Part shown: positions 26,528 through 38,200 of the stretch, in pieces
Numbering within the stretch: the stretch's first letter is position 1
Layout: the number at the start of each line of letters is the position of its first letter
IMG/VR virus record: IMGVR_UViG_3300027708_000032
Span: 32,001-96,000 of that record
Source of the DNA: a virus
Length of the DNA stretch: 64,000 bases
Reading direction: 5' to 3' (one strand)
Program-made: the position numbers and the translations under genes
The notes under the pieces: model-generated
Told to the model about the DNA's origin: nothing
Seen by the model: the letters and a program-made list of their open reading frames with translations, nothing else
The model's database searches: none

Positions 26528-26558
26528 AAGGGAGTGTATTTCTACACTTCCTTTTTTT
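26528..26558 (+). terminator. rho-independent terminator
   Basis: AAGGGAGTGTA-TTTC-TACACTTCCTT + T run. Confidence 0.8.
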
Positions 26559-26596
26559 ATCTCAAAGGGGGAACAGCTTAACTGAACATATACAAA

Positions 26597-28534
26597 ATGG
26601 CACAAGAAAGAGTACATTGGATCATGGATTATGAAACCATCTGCAACTGTTTCATAGGTGTATTCCAACATTACAAAGATCCTACAGTAAGAAAGCTGTT
26701 CGTTGTTTGCGAACAGAGAAATGACCTACCTGAGTTTATAAAGTTTCTAAAATCTAATATTAAGAACAACGAGTGGCATATATCCTTTAATGGACTAAAC
26801 TTTGACGCTCAGATTACTAATAAGATATTAGATGAACAAAAGAAACTTCTAGCTATGGACACTGCATCTGTAGTTAGGTTTATATATCATTATGCACAGA
26901 GTGTAATAGAAAAGTCTAGTAGAGGTACATTCTTAGACTATCCTCCCTTTAAAATGAAGATTAAACAGATAGATCTGTTTAAGCTAAACCACTGGGATAA
27001 TAAAGCTAAGATGTCTAGTCTAAAGTGGATACAATATTCCATGGACTGGCAGAACGTAGAGGAGATGCCTCACAGACATGACCAACCCGTGACAGATGAT
27101 CACACTTTGAACTCTGTTATAGAGTATTGTATTAATGATGTACTATCTACTAAAGAGGTGTTATATCATTCTAAAGAACAGATTAATCTTAGACAGACTC
27201 TTAGTACAGAGTATGGTATAGATTTATATTCTGCTTCAGAGCCACGTATATCCAAAGAACTCTTTCTGCATTTCTTACAGCAACGTCTAGGCTGGGATAA
27301 AGCTGAGATCAAAACTCTGCGTACACCTAGAGACTATATAGTGTTAGCTGATTGTATCCTACCCTATATATCTTTTGAAACTCCTGAGTTTAAAAGTGTA
27401 CTAGATTATTTCCGTACCAAGGTGATTACATCTACCAAGGATGGTTTTAAGCATAGTGTTAATCTTAAAGGAGTGAAGGTTGATTATGGGCTAGGTGGTA
27501 TACATGGTGCAGCACCTGCAGGAGTTTATGAAGCTAAACCAGGATGGACAATAATGACGTCTGACGTTGTTAGTTACTATCCTAATCTAGCTATTAAAAA
27601 TAAATTTCATCCTGAACATCTACCTAAAGACCAGTTCTGTAATTTGTATGAGTGGATCTTTGAAGAGAGAAAGAAGATACCTAAGACAGATCCTAAGAAC
27701 TATGTGTACAAGATTATTCTAAACTCTACCTACGGCTTAACAGGTGACGAGAATAGCTTTCTATATGATCCTAAAATGACTATGCAGATTACTATAAACG
27801 GTCAGCTACTATTATCAAAACTTGCAGAAATGTTAAGTTTGGCTATTCCAGAATGCCAGCCTCTTATGTTTAATACAGATGGTTTGGAAATGATGATACC
27901 CAATGATAAGATAGCCACCTATCATAGTATATGTAGTGTATGGGAACTTATGACACAGCTTTCTCTTGAGCATGATGAGTATGGTAAGATGGTTATTAGA
28001 GATGTAAACAACTACATGGCTGTTAGTAAAGAAGCTAAGGTTAAATGTAAAGGTGCTTTTGAGTGGGAAGATCTGTCTAAGAAAAAGGTAGCAACGTTCC
28101 ACAAAAATAAAAGCTTCTTGATTATACCAAAAGCTATCTATGCATTCTTTGTGCACGGAACCAAGCCAGAAGATTTCTTAGATCAGAATCAGAATATATA
28201 TGACTACTGTGGTGCTGTTAAAGCTAAAGCTGGTTGGCATTTTGAACAGAGATATGTAAAAGATGGCATAGTAGTTAATGATAAACTACAGAAGATTGTT
28301 AGATATTATATATCTAATGAAGGTGGTAAGATGGTTAAACGTCATCAAGATGGTCGTGAGATCCAGGTAGAATCTGGTGAGTGGTTACAAACCACAATGA
28401 ATAAGTTAGATCCTTCTATAGCATATGATAAATATGATATAGACAAGAAGTATTACTTAGAAGAGATCTATAAACAAATAGAGGGTATACAGGTTGTAAG
28501 TCAGAAGAGTATGACGCAGCTTTCCCTATTTTAA
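26597..28534 (+). CDS. polB: family B DNA polymerase
   Basis: Exonuclease motifs DYET, NGLNFD, YCINDV; polymerase motifs DVVSYYPN, KIILNSTYG, NTDG. Confidence 0.95.
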   Translation: MAQERVHWIMDYETICNCFIGVFQHYKDPTVRKLFVVCEQRNDLPEFIKFLKSNIKNNEWHISFNGLNFDAQITNKILDEQKKLLAMDTASVVRFIYHYAQSVIEKSSRGTFLDYPPFKMKIKQIDLFKLNHWDNKAKMSSLKWIQYSMDWQNVEEMPHRHDQPVTDDHTLNSVIEYCINDVLSTKEVLYHSKEQINLRQTLSTEYGIDLYSASEPRISKELFLHFLQQRLGWDKAEIKTLRTPRDYIVLADCILPYISFETPEFKSVLDYFRTKVITSTKDGFKHSVNLKGVKVDYGLGGIHGAAPAGVYEAKPGWTIMTSDVVSYYPNLAIKNKFHPEHLPKDQFCNLYEWIFEERKKIPKTDPKNYVYKIILNSTYGLTGDENSFLYDPKMTMQITINGQLLLSKLAEMLSLAIPECQPLMFNTDGLEMMIPNDKIATYHSICSVWELMTQLSLEHDEYGKMVIRDVNNYMAVSKEAKVKCKGAFEWEDLSKKKVATFHKNKSFLIIPKAIYAFFVHGTKPEDFLDQNQNIYDYCGAVKAKAGWHFEQRYVKDGIVVNDKLQKIVRYYISNEGGKMVKRHQDGREIQVESGEWLQTTMNKLDPSIAYDKYDIDKKYYLEEIYKQIEGIQVVSQKSMTQLSLF

Positions 28535-28563
28535 CAATTAAAAAAGTGTAAAATAAACCAATT

Positions 28564-29433
28564 ATGCCAAGTAAAGTACCGTTCTACGCAGAACAAGAAG
28601 TAAGATTAGCTGCTCTTCCCAATCATGGGGGAAGATATGCCGTGGTAAGCCATGGTGATGTTATAGACAATGCAAAGAACCAGATATTAGGTGCTGGTTT
28701 CACCATTAAGAAAGAAGAATATAGAATGAGTAATGATGGAAATATTGCTCAGGGTGTTTATCATTTAGACTATGCAAATGATCCCGACATGGGAATGATG
28801 TTTGCGTGGAGTAATAGTTACAATAAAACCATGAGATTTAAGTGTGCTGTTGGTGCATATGTATTCATATGTGGTAACGGTGTAGTTAGAGGAGACATGG
28901 GCAGCTATTCTAGAAAGCATTCTGGTACAGCATTACAAGATGTTATATCTGAGATTAATCATCAGATAGCTCATGCTAAAGAACACTATGATATACTACT
29001 TGGTGATAAGCAGATGCTTAAGAATGTTACTCTCACTCCTAGACTTAAGGGTAAGATATTAGGTGAGCTGTTTGCGTATGATGAGATACTTACGCTCACT
29101 CAAGTGGGTATAGTAAAACGTGAAATGGATAAACCATCTCATACGTATAACGCAGATGTTCATTCAGCATGGACTATGTACAACCATATCACTCTTGCTC
29201 TAAAAGAATCTCATCCTAGTACTTTCATGAAAGATCATCAGAGAGTACATGGATACTTTGTAGATGCTTTTGGTCAGCTACATACACCTCCTCAAATAGA
29301 TGGAGGTGTAGATCCTGAAGAAGAAGATGAAATCTACACTGTAGAACCAGTTAGTCCAGCAGGAGGAGCTGACTTTGACATAGACAAAGCAGATGCTATG
29401 AGCCAGTCGTTGTATGGTGTAAACTTTTTATAA
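28564..29433 (+). CDS. DUF932-like protein
   Basis: Y.VVSH, NSYNKT......G..VFICGNG, SAW.MYN..T. Confidence 0.7.
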   Translation: MPSKVPFYAEQEVRLAALPNHGGRYAVVSHGDVIDNAKNQILGAGFTIKKEEYRMSNDGNIAQGVYHLDYANDPDMGMMFAWSNSYNKTMRFKCAVGAYVFICGNGVVRGDMGSYSRKHSGTALQDVISEINHQIAHAKEHYDILLGDKQMLKNVTLTPRLKGKILGELFAYDEILTLTQVGIVKREMDKPSHTYNADVHSAWTMYNHITLALKESHPSTFMKDHQRVHGYFVDAFGQLHTPPQIDGGVDPEEEDEIYTVEPVSPAGGADFDIDKADAMSQSLYGVNFL

Positions 29434-29445
29434 CCCAAGAAAGCA

Positions 29446-29480
29446 GGAGGTGGCTACATATTGTAGTCATCTCCATTTTT
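29446..29480 (+). terminator. rho-independent terminator
   Basis: GGAGGTGGCTACA-TAT-TGTAGTCATCTCC + ATTTTT. Confidence 0.75.
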
Positions 29481-29567
29481 ATGTTATGTACCAAAGAAAA
29501 AATACATTAAGAGGTTGGCTACACCATATATGGTTAGCTATTTTATCACTCACTAAAAAAACTCCTT

Positions 29568-30221
29568 ATGATAATAGGCGTTAGCGGCTACTCTGGTTCT
29601 GGCAAAGATACAGTCGGAACTATTATACAGTATTTAAAATGTTCTAATCCACAGTCATCTATAGAACAGATGTGTGCTGACTATTCAGAATATGAATACT
29701 GGTTAGACGAACAATCTGGATGGGAGATTAGAAAGTTTGCAGGTAAGCTTAAAGACATAGCCTCTCATCTAACAGGTATAGACATAGAAGATTTTGAAGA
29801 CCAAGAGTTTAAGAAAACTAACTTAGGTCCTGAGTGGTGGACCATATGTGACGAAGGTCATCAGCCAATGACTGTAAGAGACTTCTTACAGAAACTTGGT
29901 ACAGATGCATTACGTATAGGCCTACATGATAATGTGTGGGTGAACGCTCTTATGTCTGATTATGTAAATGATGATCAAACTGGTGAGCTACCCAACTGGA
30001 TTATTACAGATGTTAGATTTCCTAATGAAGCTCAAGCTATCAAAGACAAGGGTGGAATTATGATCCGTATAGACAGACCAGGAGTATCACCTATTAATGA
30101 TCATCCTAGTGAGACAGGCTTAGATGGTTGGAAGTTTGATTATAGAATAGCCAACGTATCTGATATATACACTCTTAAAGAAACTATAAGAGGAATTTTA
30201 AAGCATGCTAAAATAATATAA
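29568..30221 (+). CDS. deoxynucleoside monophosphate kinase (T4 gp1-like)
   Basis: GYSGSGKDT, FAGKLK, R.FLQ.LGTD, ITDVRFPNE, HPSE. Confidence 0.92.
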   Translation: MIIGVSGYSGSGKDTVGTIIQYLKCSNPQSSIEQMCADYSEYEYWLDEQSGWEIRKFAGKLKDIASHLTGIDIEDFEDQEFKKTNLGPEWWTICDEGHQPMTVRDFLQKLGTDALRIGLHDNVWVNALMSDYVNDDQTGELPNWIITDVRFPNEAQAIKDKGGIMIRIDRPGVSPINDHPSETGLDGWKFDYRIANVSDIYTLKETIRGILKHAKII

Positions 30222-30403
30222 TGAAAAATAAATTCTCAGTAGAGTTTTTTCCTAAACAGTATACTGTAATAGGACTAGTTTATGATGAAGGAGAAGCAGA
30301 AAATTTAAATACGGGAAAAGTTTTTCCCGTTTACAAAATAAGTCTAGGACTATTAATAGTACTATTTGAATTTGTATTTAGTTTTGAAAAAGGAGAGAAA
30401 TAA
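30221..30403 (+). CDS. hypothetical protein
   Basis: ORF track; TAATG coupling. Confidence 0.6.
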   Translation: MKNKFSVEFFPKQYTVIGLVYDEGEAENLNTGKVFPVYKISLGLLIVLFEFVFSFEKGEK

Positions 30404-30416
30404 TCTCTCCTTTTTT
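30387..30416. terminator. bidirectional terminator
   Basis: AAAAAGGAGAGA-AATAA-TCTCTCCTTTTT between convergent genes. Confidence 0.8.
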
Positions 30417-30417
30417 A

Positions 30418-33400
30418 TTAGTATTTTATGTCAAAAGACTTTCTAAAGTCATCATTAATAAAAGCATAGTTACTCTGTAGTTCTTTGGTGATAGGTAAAA
30501 TCTTATTAAGATATTTTAACGGATGGTTCTTCTTCATCTGCTCTTCATCATCTCTTAAGAAACCTACACCTTGTCCTATAGTATTACCAATTAAGTCTTC
30601 AGTATCTGTTAGAAGACCTATAAGAGGAACTGGACTCTTTATCATAGATGTAAACTCTCCAGGACTATAATAAAAAGCAAACTCATTCTTATATTTTCTA
30701 AGAGCTTTAGCTATCCATTTTCTAGCTCCTGATTTATCTTCATCATCATCTCCACCACCTGCAGCCCAGAATACTAAGCTAGCAAACCCTAACCACATAA
30801 TAAGTTCTCTCATCATAGATCTTAGATTACCAACATACATATCTATGAACTCAGCTTCTGTCATAAACTCAGAGTCATCATTAATTTTTCCTTCTTCTTT
30901 AAGTCTGACAATAAACTCTCTGTAACGTTCTTTAGCTTTATCTATAGTATTTGTTCCAAAACCTGTAGTAAGTTCTCCGATAAGAGGAAGAATGTTTTTA
31001 TTAGCCAAATGCTTAAAGAACAATCTAGCTTTACCGTACTGCCATGATTCCATGTCCATATCATATGTCATGTCTCCAAAACGTTCTGCCATCATCTGAG
31101 GCATCCATGAACGAAACTGCATCATGATACTACCAGCTAGACTCATTCTTACTTGGTTAATATCTTGACGACTAGCATTACCTATAATTTGCTTTATAGT
31201 CTTTTGTACAGCTCCTCTAAATGCTGTAGTGTTTTCTATGTTATCAGTCATGCCAGGAATAACAAGCTTTCCATTTTCTATTTTAGCTGTAGCTTTTAAA
31301 GACTTATTATCCATTAAGTCTTGTACTTCAGCTTCCATCTTAGCTCTTAAAGTTTTTTGTTCAGATATAGGTAGATTATAAAAGTTGTCATAGTTGTTCT
31401 TAGATTTTACATAGTTACGGATGTTTACAACTTTACCATCTTCTCCTATCATATATGTTCTAAGCATTGTAGCAGATACTGGAAGAGTTGCCCACTTATC
31501 ACCTGTTCTCTGTATAAACATTAAATGGTCACTAGTAGCATGTTTCATTACACCTTCTACAGATAACTCTCTTAACTTTTTATTAGTTTCGTCTTCTACA
31601 CTAAGTCCAAACTGATATATGGCAGCTAATGTTACTTCATCTTTAGATGTATAATCTTTTACACCCTGCACCCACTCACCTTCTGTAAACACTAAACGTT
31701 TACTACCTATAAAGAAAGCATTGGCTGTACCACCTACAAACGTAGCTGTACCACTCAATACGTTTAGACCAAGGGTTTTCATAGCCATATACCTTAAAGC
31801 TTTTCTAACTCCTTTTACAGCAGAGTATTCTTCACCATTAATTTGTATAGCTTTATCTATATTAGATGATGTTTCTCTACCGTATAAATAGTAGTTAATA
31901 TGGTTTTCTAAAACCTCAGCATTAGTTTCATTTTTATTTATTTTTTTCTCTTTATTTATTTTACCAAACTGGTTTTCAGCATAGCTTTGTTTATCATTTT
32001 CTATTTCTAAAAGCATTTCTGATATGTCTTCTATATCAGACATAGCTTGGTAGTTTTCTATATGTACGCCCCATTGTCCAAATACTTTAAAGAGATCCTG
32101 AGATTTTCTCTTAACATCTTCTATTTCTTTAGTATAGTATACTGGTATTTCTTTTCTAAGATCACCTGTAAGTTCATCTATATTACTAAAGCCCTGATCT
32201 GATTTTACTTTTAAGTCATCTAATATTTTACCAGGATTAAACTCAGTGCCAGTAAGAATACTAGGTATAAATCTTGCAGAAAATCCATCTATCATACCAA
32301 GGTCAGCAGCACGTCTTGTAAGCTTCTGAAAATACTCATAAGCATCTTTAACAGGTTTGTTTACATATTCTCCTTTAGAATTTTTCTGATAGATAAACTT
32401 ATACTTATCACTATGCCATTTAGCAGCAGGTTTAATAAATGTATTATACTTATTTATATAAGCAAAGTCATGTTTGCTACTGTGTTTTTCTTCCCATGCT
32501 AATAAAGCTTTATCACGTTTTATTTTTATCTTTTCGTCTGTTCCTGGATAACGTTCTTCTAAAAGTTTAATCTGCTCTAAACGTGCAGCAGTGTATGCAG
32601 CTTGATCAAAATCAGTGTTAGCTTTAAACCATCCAAAGTCATTATTTTTAAGAGCAATATCTCTTTGTTTAAAGAAGTCTTTAGAGTATATGTTTAACAA
32701 ATTACCATTCCATTTTCCTTCATCATCAAACTCTAGTAAATACTGAAACATATCTGTGCCAGACTTACCATTAATAGATGCCCATTCTGTGTATGCTTTT
32801 TCTATATCTTTAAGTTCATCAAGATTAGTTAGTACATTTCGATCACGTATACCCTGAGCTTTTCTAAGAGTCTTATAAAAAGTTTGCATAGCAGCAGTAT
32901 CAAGTGTAGATGTAGATCTAAAGTTACGCTTGAACCAATCCATAGATTTTTCAGCATTAAGTAATGTATTTATACCTTCTGATCTAGCATAAGCATCAGC
33001 TAATTCATTTCTTCTTTTTACTAATTTACCTAGCACGTAAGTAGAATTACCTATCATATCTTGGAACTGATCCTTAAGACCTTTTAGATATTCTGTAACA
33101 GTGGGTTCTTTGGAAGCAGTTATTTGTTTGTTTATTTCTATAAGCTGTTCTTGAAGATAGTTTTGAGACTGAGCATAAACTCTCATGGTTTTTATAGCCT
33201 CTCCTATATCATAAATAGTAAACTCATTAGCATCTAACTTCTTTTTGTACTTAGTTAGTTCAAACAAACCATTATCTACAAAAGAGTTTATATCTTTTCT
33301 AACCTGAAGATCTCTTATGGTTCTAGCAAGATCATTTAGTTCTTGAGACTTAAGATTCTTTTCAGAAGCTTTTACTTTCTTACTTGATAGTATATCATAT

Positions 33401-35229
33401 ATAGCATTAAGCTTAGTAATCAAACTATCTAGATTTTCATCACCTGTACTTTCATATAACATAACTACAGGAAGAAGATAATTCTTGGTATCTGGTGTCT
33501 TAGCAGGGTCAGCATTTCCTATCTCTATACCTGTAAGATTTTTTAACATTAACCCACCCACTTCTCTACTGTAAAGATATTCTGTCTTAATAGGAATGGC
33601 TCTAAGCTTATTAAACTTACTAAACCCATAATGCTTACTTAGTATTTTTTTATACTGTTCCATTTGGATTCTGTAAGCAGGAGCTTTAAACCACTTAAGT
33701 TCATCTTGATCTTTACCAATCTCTTGAGACTTCCAGTCATAGATATCTACAGAACCATCAGGTAGTATAACAACAAGATCTATTGTACCAGCAACATTCT
33801 TTTCAGGATCGTATATCTTAACCTCTGCTAAAAATCTAGTTTTAGGATCTGAGTATTGTTTAAGTAGATCAGTGAAGTATGTTTCTAACTTCTGATATAC
33901 ATCAGTAGTGGTAGATATATTTTTTTTAGTTACAGCTGTAGCTCTACGAATACCCTTTTCATCAAAGTATCTTCTAATGATATCTTCCATGTCCTTGTGT
34001 ATCTTAGTACCTTCATCAGCTTTAAGACTATCAATCATCTTCTGACGCTCTGATCTATTATCTGTAGGGAATCTTTCTTTATACCATGCATCTACATACA
34101 CAGAGTTAACACTTCTACCTTTTCCTTCTTTGTCTACAACAGGTTTACCATCTACATTATATATATGTTTCTTCTCCCCCGTGGCAGGATCTATATTATC
34201 GTCCAGTTTAATTTTATCTTGGTCAGCTATAAGTTTGTTTGTAGAATACTCAGGAGAGTTAACATTGTTAGCTTGGAGAAACTCTTCATCAGATAGTTGT
34301 TTCTGTGTATCTAGCTGAGATGTGTCATTTGTGGTAATACTTTCTGCAGCAGTTTGGAAAGGATTAGTGGTAGCTACGTTAAATACTTTCTTTATAAAGT
34401 CCCACACTTTATTCCACCATTTCTTAACTGTGTTTATTTTATCACTAACTTCCTCACCTGTCTCGTTCTTTATTATATGAGCCATGATGAGTTTACCTAT
34501 AGCCTCTTTCTTAAGCTTATCAAAGTTTATAGTACCATCTGCGTTACGGTACATCTTAATATCTTTATACTCATCAACTGTCTGCTTGTATATCTTGTAT
34601 CCAGTTATCTGGTTGTACATCTCTTTGTATAAAGCATTCTCTGTACCAAGCATCTCTACAAAAAAGTGAGCAGCCTCTTCAGAGAGTGTAGTAATATCAG
34701 CTCTGCCTTCTACCACTTGTATAATCTTATTAAGCATATCAGCCTTAGCTACAGCATCTAGTACATTACCAGCTCTGTCTCTAATCTGAGATAGTGTTTG
34801 TATGTTCACACCAACAGATGCTAAGAAGTTTTTTATCTTACCATCTATTTGTTCGTTAGATTCTTTAGGAGATTGTTGTTCTTTCTGAAAAAACTCTCCA
34901 CGCTGTTCTTCACTATACTCACCTCTAGCTTGTTCTGCGTCCTGAAGGTTACGAGCTTCATCTATAAGTTTATTCTGTTCATCTTGTTTATACTTTGTAA
35001 AGTATGTATCTACAAGTTTATCAGAAGGATCTATAAAGAAGGATCCTTTTTCTCCTTCTTTAATAACAAGATCTTTAAACTCTGCATTAACTTCTGCAAT
35101 AGCTTTAGAAGCTTTGTTAGGATTAGCAAAGTAGCCAGCTGTATCTTGTACAGTGGCTCCTCTATCAGTAAGTTTATTTCCTACTTTATCTATTATATCT
35201 TTCTTAATATCTAATGAACATTTACTCAT
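30418..35229 (-). CDS. large virion/ejection protein with degenerate zincin-like and PD-(D/E)XK nuclease domains
   Basis: EEAAH...EAIG; G..IH, AE, AGTIDL, YDWKS, Q...Y; adjacent to the vRNAP gene. Confidence 0.8.
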   Translation of the reverse strand: MSKCSLDIKKDIIDKVGNKLTDRGATVQDTAGYFANPNKASKAIAEVNAEFKDLVIKEGEKGSFFIDPSDKLVDTYFTKYKQDEQNKLIDEARNLQDAEQARGEYSEEQRGEFFQKEQQSPKESNEQIDGKIKNFLASVGVNIQTLSQIRDRAGNVLDAVAKADMLNKIIQVVEGRADITTLSEEAAHFFVEMLGTENALYKEMYNQITGYKIYKQTVDEYKDIKMYRNADGTINFDKLKKEAIGKLIMAHIIKNETGEEVSDKINTVKKWWNKVWDFIKKVFNVATTNPFQTAAESITTNDTSQLDTQKQLSDEEFLQANNVNSPEYSTNKLIADQDKIKLDDNIDPATGEKKHIYNVDGKPVVDKEGKGRSVNSVYVDAWYKERFPTDNRSERQKMIDSLKADEGTKIHKDMEDIIRRYFDEKGIRRATAVTKKNISTTTDVYQKLETYFTDLLKQYSDPKTRFLAEVKIYDPEKNVAGTIDLVVILPDGSVDIYDWKSQEIGKDQDELKWFKAPAYRIQMEQYKKILSKHYGFSKFNKLRAIPIKTEYLYSREVGGLMLKNLTGIEIGNADPAKTPDTKNYLLPVVMLYESTGDENLDSLITKLNAIYDILSSKKVKASEKNLKSQELNDLARTIRDLQVRKDINSFVDNGLFELTKYKKKLDANEFTIYDIGEAIKTMRVYAQSQNYLQEQLIEINKQITASKEPTVTEYLKGLKDQFQDMIGNSTYVLGKLVKRRNELADAYARSEGINTLLNAEKSMDWFKRNFRSTSTLDTAAMQTFYKTLRKAQGIRDRNVLTNLDELKDIEKAYTEWASINGKSGTDMFQYLLEFDDEGKWNGNLLNIYSKDFFKQRDIALKNNDFGWFKANTDFDQAAYTAARLEQIKLLEERYPGTDEKIKIKRDKALLAWEEKHSSKHDFAYINKYNTFIKPAAKWHSDKYKFIYQKNSKGEYVNKPVKDAYEYFQKLTRRAADLGMIDGFSARFIPSILTGTEFNPGKILDDLKVKSDQGFSNIDELTGDLRKEIPVYYTKEIEDVKRKSQDLFKVFGQWGVHIENYQAMSDIEDISEMLLEIENDKQSYAENQFGKINKEKKINKNETNAEVLENHINYYLYGRETSSNIDKAIQINGEEYSAVKGVRKALRYMAMKTLGLNVLSGTATFVGGTANAFFIGSKRLVFTEGEWVQGVKDYTSKDEVTLAAIYQFGLSVEDETNKKLRELSVEGVMKHATSDHLMFIQRTGDKWATLPVSATMLRTYMIGEDGKVVNIRNYVKSKNNYDNFYNLPISEQKTLRAKMEAEVQDLMDNKSLKATAKIENGKLVIPGMTDNIENTTAFRGAVQKTIKQIIGNASRQDINQVRMSLAGSIMMQFRSWMPQMMAERFGDMTYDMDMESWQYGKARLFFKHLANKNILPLIGELTTGFGTNTIDKAKERYREFIVRLKEEGKINDDSEFMTEAEFIDMYVGNLRSMMRELIMWLGFASLVFWAAGGGDDDEDKSGARKWIAKALRKYKNEFAFYYSPGEFTSMIKSPVPLIGLLTDTEDLIGNTIGQGVGFLRDDEEQMKKNHPLKYLNKILPITKELQSNYAFINDDFRKSFDIKY

Positions 35230-35231
35230 TA

Positions 35232-38200
35232 TTAACAGCTGTTTTGATTGTTATTATCAATAGATGGAAAACCTTCTGGTTGTACATTTGTATTTCCAGG
35301 AACCCAGATACCTGTTTCATCTTGTCTTATATATCCTTTACTTGTAAGATACTTAGCTAATGCAACTTCTCCTATATTATAACTTTTTGTGTTTTCTATA
35401 TGTGCTGCTGTATCCATTATGAACTTAGCACCAGCTGCAATAGCTTTGTCTATATTTTTATAAGCAAACTGTAACACTCCATTTTCTACAGGATTAACTC
35501 TACCACCACGAGATCCATTACTACTTACATATATTAAATCTGAAGAGTTATAAACACCAGTGTTAGCTAAACCATATTGATCATAAAGTTTCTTGTAGTT
35601 ATCTGTGCTACTCTTAACAGAACCTTCACCTATATACTGAGTGGCTTGTCTTGTTTTAAACTGTTCTTTAGGAAGATATTTCTTAGCTGTTTCATTTATA
35701 ACCTCAGGCATTCTGTTAGTTATATCTTGTTTCTGAGCTTCTGTAGCTTGTTTAATATTTGATGCTGCTGTAGTTTCTAACTTATATGCACTAATATCAT
35801 ACATGTGTACCATCTCACCTCTCATTAAGTTCTTACCTGCATACTTAGCATCTTTCTTAAAGTTCTCCCATGTACCATATCCTTCTTTCTTAGCAAACTC
35901 ATCTTTAGTGTAAGAGATACCATCACCCACTATATTATTTTCTTTCATCTGTACTAAGCCAAGATACTTTATAGAAAACGTGTTACCTTTTTCTGTTCTA
36001 TACACACCATCTCCTTTATAAAAAGTTTTATGGTATGTGTTACTACGCACTGTGGCAGATGCTGTACCTTTTAATACCCAGTCTTCTATTACATTAAGTT
36101 TAATAGATCCCTTTGCAGGGTCTGCTGATACATTCTGTTCTGCCATCTCATCTGCAAAAGACTTACCTTTTTCTGTTTTTACTTTATTAGCAAATACTTT
36201 AGATTGTACAGTGTTTAAAACATCATTCTTTTTTAATATAGATTCTGCAAACTCATCAGGACTAACCTCTATCATATACATTCCATTTCCTAGTTTATTA
36301 ATAGGTACATAACTATAGTATCCTTTTTCATTAGGTTCTCCCACACGTTCATAAAGAGTGTAACTATTTATCTTATCCCACATCTTTTTCTTAGCATACT
36401 CTTCACGTAGTTCTTTATCATTAGAAACTTCTTTAGAAAGTTGTTTAACCGTTACAAACTCTCCTTTATTACGAAAACTTTCTACATTTGGAAATTCAGG
36501 ATCATGTATTAGTTTATTTTCATCATACTCTTCTTCAGACCTATCTAAATCTTTTAATCCTACTACATCTACAAACTTAGCATTTTTATAATTATTCTGA
36601 TGGAACTGTCTCCACACTGTATCGGGATCCATAGAGTTAGAATCATCTGTCATAAAACTATCTATAATATCATGCACTCTTTCTGAATACAAAGATATAG
36701 GCATTATCTTACTGAATGATATAGGACTCTGTTGCACACCAGACTGGGCCATTAAAAATATACTAAGATTATTTACAAAGCTCTGAAGATATTTATCTTG
36801 TTTCTTATCTGCTATTTCTTTAAGCTGTTCTAAAGACTCCCCCATAGAGTTCATCTCAAACGAAGTCAGTCTTGTGTTAAACAGTTTGATATTGTCTGTA
36901 TCTTTAGTGTCTGAATTTATTACAGCAAATAAGTTTTGAAGAGCTTTATTATCTGGATATAGTTTTTGGAACTCTTTTAATTGTCTACCTATAGAGTTAG
37001 ATCCTGTAAATAAATTTTTATAGTAACTATAAACACTTATATACTTACCAGAAGGAGCCTTAAACTTAACAGTGTGTAAAACGTAGTTAAGAACAAAGTT
37101 TTGATAACGGTTTAATAAATCTATCTTATCATCTTTACTCATGAACTCATCATTCAACACTACATCAAACATTTTATCCATTACAGCTTTACTCTTAGGG
37201 TGAGCTGTTATAAAAAAGTCTTTAAACATTTTAGGAACATCATCTTTAATATCTTTCATTTTTCCTAAGAATGTATTCTCCATAACTCTCTCTAAAGAGT
37301 CTGCTGTAACAAACCCATCTTTTTCAGCTTGTCTATATGCAGCTTCTTGTAAACGGTTCTCGTTTATATTTTTAGTTCTGCTAGTATCATAAGAGATAGC
37401 CTTAATAAAGTTACCTAAGAGTCTACCCTGGTCTTCATACTTTTGATAGTCTTGTAAAAGCTGCAGCTGTTTAATAGCTTCTTCTTTAGTTAGATTGTAT
37501 GTACCATCTTGATTGGTAGGTTTAATCATATTTACAAGTTCATTAGTCTTGTACATATCTACAGGATCTAATGTTCTTAAAGCATTATCTATAGCTTCTA
37601 TAATTTTTCTTTTTTTCCATGCATACTGAGATGTTAGAGCACTTTGGAAAGTATCATTTCCTTTAAATGTATTTTTAATAAACTTATCCAGTTCAGGAAA
37701 AGCTTTCATTAAGAACTGTTCCATAGCAAGATATCTAACAGTAGACTTAGATAGTTCAGCACCATTAACCTTATTTATTAAAGAGTTGTTCTTAGATAGT
37801 TCTTTAAAATAAGTTTCAATAATAGGCTGAGTGTGTAGGTATGCTATATCATCCACAGTTACACCAAGCTTCTGTAAGTAGAACCATACGTTTGCTGTAT
37901 TTAGTGTAAGGTTAAGATCAAATATAAATGGATCCTTAGCAGCATCCACTGCAGCAGTCATAGCTTCAGATAAAAGTTCAGAAATCCACTTGTGTCCTTT
38001 GTCCTCTATAAGGTTAAGCATATACTTACCTTCTGCAGTGTTAGAGTCAAACTTAATGTTTATGGCTACAGGATTACCATTTTTGTAGTACACTCCGTTT
38101 AGTTCTACATCACCGTACTGAGAAAGACTATGAGATGTAATCTGTAAAGCTATCACACCTACAAGCTTCTTACCCGTTATATAACGCTCTCTAACTTCAG

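Noticed and set aside
29447-29523. Near-direct repeat GAGG(T)TGGCTACA that could pair with the terminator 3' arm, plus a 32-aa ORF at 29486-29584
   Set aside because: The second copy lies downstream of the terminator so cannot antiterminate; the ORF has no supporting motif
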